Part shown: positions 49,849 to 60,353 of the stretch, one piece after another
Position numbering within the stretch: the first letter of the stretch is position 1
Layout: each line of letters starts with the position of its first letter
Assembly (NCBI GenBank): GCA_964057225.1
Contig: OZ059899.1
Span: forward strand, 11,098,001 to 11,162,000
Direction: 5' to 3'
DNA: 64,000 bases
Origin: Auanema rhodensis
Taxonomy: Eukaryota; Animalia; Nematoda
Notes under the pieces: generated by a model
Told to the model about the DNA's origin: nothing
Databases searched by the model: none
Seen by the model: only the letters and a program-made list of their open reading frames with translations
Made by a program: the position numbers and the translations under genes

Positions 49849-49922
49849 TGCCGCCAGCAGGGGTCGAACCTGCGACCTTGGGCTTATTAGACCCACGCTC
49901 TAACCGACTGAGCTATGGCGGC
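49849..49922 (-). tRNA. tRNA-Ile(AAT)
   Basis: Consensus copy. Confidence 0.93.
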
Positions 49923-50515
49923 TACGAAAGTACGAAATAACAAAGCGCTGATTATGGGAAACGTGAATGAATGCAGATATTCTCAATTCCGATTCATTAA
50001 CTAGATCGTGGTCAGCATTTTACAACATTGATAAAATAGAAACTGAGAAAAATACATCAACAAATGACACTATTAACTTGGTTTTTTGAACAGCTTTTTT
50101 ATATTTCTTTTTTCACTATGAGAGAACTTATATTTATTGCTTTTTCAAAATTTTCCATTTTTAACATTATACATCTTGACTATCACACATTGAGAACAAC
50201 AGTTGGCAATGTTGGTTGTCACGTCATATTTCATGCAGTTAGATTTTCAGACACATTAATACCTTTGACCATTCTTCTTATGAGTTTTGTAACGATAGAT
50301 CGTAATAGGAAATGAATTGGTATAATATGAAAAAATACAAGACATAGTCAACATTGATTTCCCCAAATAGTATCATGTTTGCTTGTTATTCAATTAGAAC
50401 ACTTATTTTTTGATTGTTTTCTTGAAATATTCTTTTTTTTTCTTTAACAAAGTTATGACTGAGATCAAAATTTGAACTTACTTTTGAACAATTAAACAGA
50501 AATTTAAAAAATATT

Positions 50516-50589
50516 TGCCGCCAGCAGGGGTCGAACCTGCGACCTTGGGCTTATTAGACCCACGCTCTAACCGACTGAGCTATGGCGGC
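50516..50589 (-). tRNA. tRNA-Ile(AAT)
   Basis: Consensus copy. Confidence 0.93.
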
Positions 50590-50926
50590 TACGAAAGTAC
50601 GAAATAACAAAGCGCTGATTATAGGAAACGTGAATGAATGCAGATATTCTCAATTCCGATTCATTAACTAGATCGTGGTCAGCATTTTACAACATTGATA
50701 AAATAGAAACTGAGAAAAAAACATCAACAAATGACACTATTAACTTGGTTTTTTTAACAGCTTTTTTATATTTCTTTTTTCACTATGAGAGAACTTATAT
50801 TTATTGCTTTTTCAAAATTTTCCATTTTTAACATTATACATCTTGACTATCACACATTGAGAACAACAGTTGGCAATGTTGGTTGTCACGTCATATTTCA
50901 TGAAAAACAGAAATTTAAAAAATATT

Positions 50927-51000
50927 TGCCGCCAGCAGGGGTCGAACCTGCGACCTTGGGCTTATTAGACCCACGCTCTAACCGACTGAGCTATGGCGGC
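50927..51000 (-). tRNA. tRNA-Ile(AAT)
   Basis: Consensus copy. Confidence 0.93.
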
Positions 51001-51336
51001 TACGAAAGTACGAAATAACAAAGCGCTGATTATAGGAAACGTGAATGAATGCAGATATTCTCAATTCCGATTCATTAACTAGATCGTGGTCAGCATTTTA
51101 CAACATTGATAAAATAGAAACTGAGAAAAAAACATCAACAAATGACACTATTAACTTGGTTTTTTGAACAGCTTTTTTATATTTCTTTTTTCACTATGAG
51201 AGAACTTATATTTATTGCTTTTTCAAAATTTTCCATTTTCAACATTATACATCTTGACTATCACACATTGAGAACAAAGTTGGCAATGTTGGTTGTCACG
51301 TCATATTTCATGAAAAACAGAAATTTAAAAAATATT

Positions 51337-51410
51337 TGCCGCCAGCCGGGGTCGAACCTGCGACCTTGGGCTTATTAGACCCACGCTCTAACCGACTGAG
51401 CTATGGCGGC
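51337..51410 (-). tRNA. tRNA-Ile(AAT), T63G variant
   Basis: T-stem mismatch. Confidence 0.8.
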
Positions 51411-51480
51411 TACGAAAGTACGAAATAACAAAGCGCTGATTATAGGAAACGTGAATGAATGCAGATATTCTCAATTCCGA

Positions 51481-51723
51481 TGTGGCGTTATACCGCAAGT
51501 GTATAATATGGTTGGAAGTAAAACACAAAGCGAATATGTAGAAAAAGGTTTATTGATGAATTAACAAGACAAGCACGGAATAGAATCACTGACTGCGAAC
51601 GTGGAAAAATGTAAGACTGTCCTCCGTTGTTGGGCGGTCTTCCGAAATAAACTGTTACTTATGCCACATGTTAACACATATGTTATGCATATGTGTTTTG
51701 ATATAGTTACAAAGGAAGGAGAT

Positions 51724-51781
<58 letters not shown>

Positions 51782-51838
51782 ATATATATAGAGAGAGATA
51801 GAGATAACAAAAACAAAACCTACTCGCTTATCGCGACA
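51481..51838 (-). mobile_element. Solo LTR, family A (expanded GA tract)
   Basis: TG..CA ends, TCCGA TSD. Confidence 0.85.
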
Positions 51839-52366
51839 TCCGATTCATTAACTAGATCGTGGTCAGCATTTTACAACATTGATAAAATAGAAACTGAGAA
51901 AAAAACATCAACAAATGACACTATTAACTTGGTTTTTTGAACAGCTTTTTTATATTTCTTTTTTCACTATGAGAGAACTTATATTAATTGCTTTTTCAAA
52001 ATTTTCCATTTTTAACATTATACATCTTGACTATCACACATTGAGAACAACAGTTGGCAATGTTGGTTGTCACGTCATATTTCATGCAGTTAGATTTTCA
52101 GACACATTAATACCTTTGACCATTCTTCTTATGAGTTTTGTAACGATAGATCGTAATAGGAAATGAATTGCTATAATATGAAAAAATACAAGACATAGTC
52201 AACATTGATTTCCGAAAATAGTATCATGTTTGCTTGTTATTCAATTAGAACACTTATTTTTTGATTGTTTTCTTCAAATATTCTTTTTTTTTCTTTAACA
52301 AAGTTATGACTGAGATCAAAATTTGAACTTACTTTTGAACAATTAAACAGAAATATAAAAAATATT

Positions 52367-52440
52367 TGCCGCCAGCAGGGGTCGAACCTGCGACCTTGGG
52401 CTTATTAGACCCACGCTCTAACCGACTGAGCTATGGCGGC
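52367..52440 (-). tRNA. tRNA-Ile(AAT)
   Basis: Consensus copy. Confidence 0.93.
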
Positions 52441-53039
52441 TACGAAAGTACGAAATAACAAAGCGCTGATTATAGGAAACGTGAATGAATGCAGATATTC
52501 TCAATTCCGATTCATTAACTAGATCGTGGTCAGCATTTTACAACATTGATAAAATAGAAACTGAGAAAAAAACATCAACAAATGACACTATTAACTTGGT
52601 TTTTTGAACAGCTTTTTTATATTTCTTTTTTCACTATGAGAGAACTTATATTTATTGCTTTTTCAAAATTTTCCATTTTTAACATAATACATCTTGACTA
52701 TCACACATTGAGAACAACAGTTGGCAATGTTGGTTGTCACATCATATTTCATGCAGTTAGATTTTCAGACACATTAATACCTTTGACCATTCTTCTTATG
52801 AGTTTTGTAACGATAACGATAAATCGTAATAGGAAATGAATTGATATAATATGAAAAAATACAAGACATAGTCAACATTGATTTCCCCAAATAGTATCAT
52901 GTTTGCTTGTTATTCAATTAGAACACTTATTTTTTGATTGTTTTCTTCAAATATTCTTTTTTTTTCTTTAACAAAGTTATGACTGAGATCAAAATTTGAA
53001 CTTACTTTTGAACAATTAAACAGAAATTTAAAAAATATT

Positions 53040-53113
53040 TGCCGCCAGCAGGGGTCGAACCTGCGACCTTGGGCATATTAGACCCACGCTCTAACCGACT
53101 GAGCTATGGCGGC
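53040..53113 (-). tRNA. tRNA-Ile(AAT), A38T variant
   Basis: Anticodon loop CTAATAT. Confidence 0.85.
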
Positions 53114-53706
53114 TACGAAAGTACGAAATAACAAAGCGCTGATTATAGGAAACGTGAATGAATGCAGATATTCTCAATTCCGATTCATTAACTAGATCGT
53201 GGTCAGCATTTTACAACATTGATAAAATAGAAACTGAGAAAAAAACATCAACAAATGACACTATTAACTTGGTTTTTTGAACAGCATTTTTATATTTCTT
53301 TTTTCACTATGAGAGAACTTATATTTATTGCTTTTTCAAAATTTTCCATTTTTAACATTATACATCTTGACTATCACACATTGAGAACAACAGTTGGCAA
53401 TATTGGTTGTCACGTCATATTTCATGCAGTTAGATTTTCAGACACATTAATACCTTTGACCATTCTTCTTATGAGTTTTGTAACGATAGATCGTAATAGG
53501 AAATGAATTGCTATAATATGAAAAAATACAAGACATAGTCAACATTGATTTCCGAAAATAGTATCATGTTTGCTTGTTATTCAATTAGAACACTTATTTT
53601 TTGATTGTTTTCTTGAAATATTCTTTTTTTTTCTTCAACAAAGTTATGACTGAGATCAAAATTTGAACTTACTTTTGAACAATTAAACAGAAATTTAAAA
53701 AATATT

Positions 53707-53780
53707 TGCCGCCAGCAGGGGTCGAACCTGCGACCTTGGGCTTATTAGACCCACGCTCTAACCGACTGAGCTATGGCGGC
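53707..53780 (-). tRNA. tRNA-Ile(AAT)
   Basis: Consensus copy. Confidence 0.93.
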
Positions 53781-54373
53781 TACGAAAGTACGAAATAACA
53801 AAGCGCTGATTATAGGAAACGTGAATGAATGCAGATATTCTCAATTCCGATTCATTAACTAGATCGTGGTCAGCATTTTACAACATTGATAAAATAGAAA
53901 CTGAGAAAAAAACATCAACAAATGACACTATTAACTTGGTTTTTTGAACAGCATTTTTATATTTTTTTTTTCACTCTGAGAGAACTTATATTCATTGATT
54001 TTTCAAAATTTTCCATTTTTAACATTATACATCTTGACTATCACACATTGAGAACAACAGTTGGCAATATTGGTTGTCACGTCATATTTCATGCAGTTAG
54101 ATTTTCAGACACATTAATACCTTTGACCATTCTTCTTATGAGTTTTGTAACGATAGATCGTAATAGGAAATGAATTGCTATAATATGAAAAAATACAAGA
54201 CATAGTCAACATTGATTTCCCCAAATAGTATCATGTTTGCTTGTTATTCAATTAGAACACTTATTTTTTGATTGTTTTCTTCAAATATTCTTTTTTTTTC
54301 TTTAACAAAGTTATGACTGAGATCAAAATTTGAACTTACTTTTGAACAATTAAACAGAAATTTAAAAAATATT

Positions 54374-54447
54374 TGCCGCCAGCAGGGGTCGAACCTGCGA
54401 CCTTGGGCTTATTAGACCCACGCTCTAACCGACTGAGCTATGGCGGC
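54374..54447 (-). tRNA. tRNA-Ile(AAT)
   Basis: Consensus copy. Confidence 0.93.
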
Positions 54448-55041
54448 TACGAAAGTACGAAATAACAAAGCGCTGATTATAGGAAACGTGAATGAATGCA
54501 GATATTCTCAATTCCGATTCATTAACTAGATCGTGGTCAGCATTTTACAACATTGATAAAATAGAAACTGAGAAAAAAACATCAACAAATGACACTATTA
54601 ACTTGGTTTTTTGAACAGCATTTTTATATTTCTTTTTTCACTCTGAGAGAACTTATATTCATTGATTTTTCAAAATTTTCCATTTTTTAACATTATACAT
54701 CTTGACTATCACACATTGAGAACAACAGTTGGCAATATTGGTTGTCACGTCATATTTCATGCAGTTAGATTTTCAGACACATTAATACCTTGGACCATTC
54801 TTCTTATGAGTTTTGTAACGATAGATCGTAATAGGAAATGAATTGGTATAATATGAAAAAATACAAGACATAGTCAACATTGATTTCCCCAAATAGTATC
54901 ATGTTTGCTTGTTATTCAATTAGAACACTTATTTTTTGATTGTTTTCTTGAAATATTCTTTTTTTTTCTTTAACAAAGTTATGACTGAGATCAAAATTTG
55001 AACTTACTTTTGAACAATTAAACAGAAATTTAAAAAATATT

Positions 55042-55115
55042 TGCCGCCAGCAGGGGTCGAACCTGCGACCTTGGGCTTATTAGACCCACGCTCTAACCGA
55101 CTGAGCTATGGCGGC
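55042..55115 (-). tRNA. tRNA-Ile(AAT)
   Basis: Consensus copy. Confidence 0.93.
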
Positions 55116-55707
55116 TACGAAAGTACGAAATAACAAAGCGCTGATTATAGGAAACGTGAATGAATGCAGATATTCTCAATTCCGATTCATTAACTAGATC
55201 GTGGTCAGCATTTTACAACATTGATAAAATAGAAACTGAGAAAAAAACATCAACAAATGACACTATTAACTTGGTTTTTTGAACAGCATTTTTATATTTT
55301 TTTTTTCACTCTGAGAGAACTTATATTCATTGATTTTTCAAAATTTTCCATTTTTAACATTATACATCTTGACTATCACACATTGAGAACAACAGTTGGC
55401 AATATTGGTTGTCACGTCATATTTCATGCAGTTAGATTTTCAGACACATTAATACCTTTGACCATTCTTCTTATGAGTTTTGTAACGATAGATCGTAATA
55501 GGAAATGAATTGCTATAATATGAAAAAATACAAGACATAGTCAACATTGATTTCCCCAAATAGTATCATGTTTGCTTGTTATTCAATTAGAACACTTATT
55601 TTTTGATTGTTTTCTTCAAATATTCTTTTTTTTCTTTAACAAAGTTATGACTGAGATCAAAATTTGAACTTACTTTTGAACAATTAAACAGAAATTTAAA
55701 AAATATT

Positions 55708-55781
55708 TGCCGCCAGCAGGGGTCGAACCTGCGACCTTGGGCTTATTAGACCCACGCTCTAACCGACTGAGCTATGGCGGC
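55708..55781 (-). tRNA. tRNA-Ile(AAT)
   Basis: Consensus copy. Confidence 0.93.
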
Positions 55782-56373
55782 TACGAAAGTACGAAATAAC
55801 AAAGCGCTGATTATAGGAAACGTGAATGAATGCAGATATTCTCAATTCCGATTCATTAACTAGATCGTGGTCAGCATTTTACAACATTGATAAAATAGAA
55901 ACTGAGAAAAAAACATCAACAAATGACACTATTAACTTGGTTTTTCGAACAGCTTTTTTATATTTCTTTTTTCACTATGAGAGAACTTATATTTATTGCT
56001 TTTTCAAAATTTTCCATTTTTAACATTATACATCTTGACTATCACACATTGAGAACAACAGTTGGCAATGTTGGTTGTCACGTCATATTTCATGCAGTTA
56101 GATTTTCAGACACATTAATACCTTTGACCATTCTTCTTATGAGTTTTGTAACGATAGATCGTAATAGGAAATGAATTGGTATAATATGAAAAAATACAAG
56201 ACATAGTCAACATTGATTTCCCCAAATAGTATCATGTTTGCTTGTTATTCAATTAGAACACTTATTTTTTGATTGTTTTCTTCAAATATTCTTTTTTTTC
56301 TTTAACAAAGTTATGACTGAGATCAAAATTTGAACTTACTTTTGAACAATTAAACAGAAATTTAAAAAATATT

Positions 56374-56447
56374 TGCCGCCAGCAGGGGTCGAACCTGCGA
56401 CCTTGGGCTTATTAGACCCACGCTCTAACCGACTGAGCTATGGCGGC
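56374..56447 (-). tRNA. tRNA-Ile(AAT)
   Basis: Consensus copy. Confidence 0.93.
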
Positions 56448-57039
56448 TACGAAAGTACGAAATAACAAAGCGCTGATTATAGGAAACGTGAATGAATGCA
56501 GATATTCTCAATTCCGATTCATTAACTAGATCGTGGTCAGCATTTTACAACATTGATAAAATAGAAACTGAGAAAAAAACATCAACAAATGACACTATTA
56601 ACTTGGTTTTTTGAACAGCTTTTTTATATTTCTTTTTTCACTATGAGAGAACTTATATTTATTGCTTTTTCAAAATTTTCCATTTTTAACATTATACATC
56701 TTGACTATCACACATTGAGAACAACAGTTGGCAATGTTGGTTGTCACGTCATATTTCATGCAGTTAGATTTTCAGACACATTAATACCTTTGACCATTCT
56801 TCTTATGAGTTTTGTAACGATAGATCGTAATAGGAAATGAATTGGTATAATATGAAAAAATACAAGACATAGTCAACATTGATTTCCCCAAATAGTATCA
56901 TGTTTGCTTGTTATTCAATTAGAACACTTATTTTTTGATTGTTTTCTTCAAATATTCTTTTTTTTCTTTAACAAAGTTATGACTGAGATCAAAATTTGAA
57001 CTTACTTTTGAACAATTAAACAGAAATTTAAAAAATATT

Positions 57040-57113
57040 TGCCGCCAGCAGGGGTCGAACCTGCGACCTTGGGCTTATTAGACCCACGCTCTAACCGACT
57101 GAGCTATGGCGGC
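57040..57113 (-). tRNA. tRNA-Ile(AAT)
   Basis: Consensus copy. Confidence 0.93.
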
Positions 57114-57707
57114 TACGAAAGTACGAAATAACAAAGCGCTGATTATAGGAAACGTGAATGAATGCAGATATTCTCAATTCCGATTCATTAACTAGATCGT
57201 GGTCAGCATTTTACAACATTGATAAAATAGAAACTGAGAAAAAAACATCAACAAATGACACTATTAACTTGGTTTTTTGAACAGCTTTTTTATATTTCTT
57301 TTTTCACTATGAGAGAACTTATATTTATTGCTTTTTCAAAATTTTCCATTTTTAACATTATACATCTTGACTATCACACATTGAGAACAACAGTTGGCAA
57401 TGTTGGTTGTCACGTCATATTTCATGCAGTTAGATTTTCAGACACATTAATACCTTTGACCATTCTTCTTATGAGTTTTGTAACGATAGATCGTAATAGG
57501 AAATGAATTGGTATAATATGAAAAAATACAAGACATAGTCAACATTGATTTCCCCAAATAGTATCATGTTTGCTTGTTATTCAATTAGAACACTTATTTT
57601 TTGATTGTTTTCTTGAAATATTCTTTTTTTTTTCACTAACAAAGTTATGACTGAGATCAAAATTTGAACTTACTTTTGAACAATTAAACAGAAATTTAAA
57701 AAATATT

Positions 57708-57781
57708 TGCCGCAAGCAGGGGTCGAAACTGCGACCTTGGGCTTATTAGACCCACGCTCTAACCGACTGAGCTATGGCGGC
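57708..57781 (-). pseudogene. Degenerate tRNA-Ile(AAT) copy
   Basis: G53T (B box) and G67T; this unit has several private differences that may be consensus errors. Confidence 0.6.
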
Positions 57782-58375
57782 TACGAAAGTACGAAATAAC
57801 AAAGCGCTGATTATAGGAAACGTGAATGAATGCAGATAATCTCAATTCCGATTCATTAACTAGATCGTGGTCAGCATTTTACAACATTGATAAAATAGAA
57901 ACTGAGAAAAAAACATCAACAAATGACACTATTGACTTGGTTTTTTGAACAGCTTTTTTATATTTCTTTTTTCACTATGAGAGAACTTATATTTATTGCT
58001 TTTTCAAAATTTTCCATTTTTAAGCATTATACATCTTGACTATCACACATTGAGAACAACAGTTCGCAATGTTGGTTGTCACGTCATATTTCATGCAGTT
58101 AGATTTTCAGACACATTAATACCTTTGACCATTCTTCTTATGAGTTTTGTAACGATAGATCGTAATAGGAAATGAATTGGTATAATATGAAAAAATACAA
58201 GACATAGTCAACATTGATTTCCCCAAATAGTATCATGTTTGCTTGTTATTCAATTAGAACACTTATTTTTTGATTGTTTTCTTGAAATATTCTTTTTTTT
58301 TCTTTAACAAAGTTATGACTGAGATCAAAATTTGAACTTACTTTTGAACAATTAAACAGAAATTTAAAAAATATT

Positions 58376-58449
58376 TGCCGCCAGCAGGGGTCGAACCTGC
58401 GACCTTGGGCTTATTAGACCCACGCTCTAACCGACTGAGCTATGGCGGC
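58376..58449 (-). tRNA. tRNA-Ile(AAT)
   Basis: Consensus copy. Confidence 0.93.
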
Positions 58450-59042
58450 TACGAAAGTACGAAATAACAAAGCGCTGATTATAGGAAACATGAATGAATG
58501 CAGATATTCTCAATTCCGATTCATTAACTAGATCGTGGTCAGCATTTTACAACATTGATAAAATAGAAACTGAGAAAAAAACATCAACAAATGACACTAT
58601 TAACTTGGTTTTTTGAACAGCATTTTTATATTTCTTTTTTCACTATGAGAGAACTTATATTTATTGCTTTTTCAAAATTTTCTATTTTTAACATTATACA
58701 TCTTGACTATCACACATTGAGAACAACAGTTGGCAATATTGGTTGTCACGTCATATTTCATGCAGTTAGATTTTCAGACACATTAATACCTTTGACCATT
58801 CTTCTTATGAGTTTTGTAACGATAGATCGTAATAGGAAATGAATTGGTATAATATGAAAAAATACAAGACATAGTCAAGATTGATTTCCCCAAATAGTAT
58901 CATGTTTGCTTGTTATTCAGTTAGAACACTTATTTTTTGATTGTTTTCTTGAAATATTCTTTTTTTTTCTTTAACAAAGTTATGACTGAGATCAAAATTT
59001 GAACTTACTTTTGAACAATTAAACAGAAATTTAAAAAATATT

Positions 59043-59116
59043 TGCCGCCAGCAGGGGTCGAACCTGCGACCTTGGGCTTATTAGACCCACGCTCTAACCG
59101 ACTGAGCTATGGCGGC
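59043..59116 (-). tRNA. tRNA-Ile(AAT)
   Basis: Consensus copy. Confidence 0.93.
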
Positions 59117-59709
59117 TACGAAAGTACGAAATAACAAAGCGCTGATTATAGGAAACGTGAATGAATGCAGATATTCTCAATTCCGATTCATTAACTAGAT
59201 CGTGGTCAGCATTTTACAACATTGATAAAATAGAAACTGAGAAAAAAACATCAACAAATGACACTATTAACTTGGTTTTTTGAACAGCTTTTTTATATTT
59301 CTTTTTTCACTATGAGAGAACTTATATTTATTGCTTTTTCAAAATTTTCCATTTTCAACATTATACATCTTGACTATCACACATTGAGAACAACAGTTGG
59401 CAATGTTGGTTGTCACGTCATATTTCATGCAGTTAGATTTTCAGACACATTAATACCTTTGACCGTTCTTCTTATGAGTTTTGTAACGATAATTCGTAAT
59501 AGGAAATGAATTGGTATAATATGAAAAAATACAAGACATAGTCAACATTGATTTCCCCAAATAGTATCATGTTTGCTTGTTATTCAATTAGAACACTTAT
59601 TTTTTGATTGTTTTCTTGAAATATTCTTTTTTTTTCTTTAACAAAGTTATGACTGAGATCAAAATTTGAACTTACTTTTGAACAATTAAACAGAAATTTA
59701 AAAAATATT

Positions 59710-59783
59710 TGCCGCCAGCAGGGGTCGAACCTGCGACCTTGGGCTTATTAGACCCACGCTCTAACCGACTGAGCTATGGCGGC
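59710..59783 (-). tRNA. tRNA-Ile(AAT)
   Basis: Consensus copy. Confidence 0.93.
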
Positions 59784-60148
59784 TACGAATGTACGAAATA
59801 ACAAAGCGCTGATTATAGGAAACGTGAATGAATGCAGATATTCTCAATTCCGATTCATTAACTAGATCGTGGTCAGCATTTTACAACATTGATAAAATAG
59901 AAACTGAGAAAAAAACATCAACAAATGACACTATTAACTTGGTTTTTTGAACAGCATTTTTATATTTCTTTTTTCACTCTGAGAGAACTTATATTCATTG
60001 ATTTTTCAAAATTTTCCATTTTTAACATTATACATCTTGACTATCACACATTGAGAACAACAGTTGGCAATATTGGTTGTCACGTCATATTTCATGCAGT
60101 TAGATTTTCAGACACATTAATACCTTTGACCGTTCTTCTTATGAGTTT

Positions 60149-60241
60149 TGTAACGATAATTCGTAATAGGAAATGAATTGGTATAATATGAAAAAATACA
60201 AGACATAGTCAACATTGATTTCCCCAAATAGTATCGTTACA
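60149..60241 (-). repeat. Putative 93-bp 3' LTR of the family C Gypsy element
   Basis: Perfect 10-bp inverted termini TGTAACGATA..TATCGTTACA; preceded on the minus strand by purine tract GGGAAGAAA(CAATA) at 60242-60255. Confidence 0.7.
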
Positions 60242-60353
60242 TATTGTTTCTTCCCGGAAATCAATCAACAACAAAGAAGTGTTACAATTAGAAATGGCAC
60301 AAAATAAAATAAAAAAATTTCAACAATTTGATTTTGTTAAAAAAAAAATACCT

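Larger units (their letters stand above)
10211..60235 (-). repeat. Tandem array of 64 tRNA-Ile(AAT) genes; 667-bp long and 409-411-bp short units
   Basis: Near-identical units, each with one 74-nt tRNA and a T-run terminator; interrupted by LTR insertions. Confidence 0.97.

Noticed and set aside
10913-51838. Repeated independent site-specific insertion of LTR A
   Set aside because: Shared flanking alleles show a single insertion copied by array duplication.
10574-60176. Dozens of repeated 60-110 aa ORFs (MTLLTWFF..., MNADILNS..., MRELIF...)
   Set aside because: They are translations of the AT-rich spacer or the antisense tRNA; frames are broken freely by indels and no domain is recognisable.
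10211-60235. CRISPR-like or guide array
   Set aside because: Spacers are homogeneous rather than unique, the context is eukaryotic, and no cas-like genes are present.
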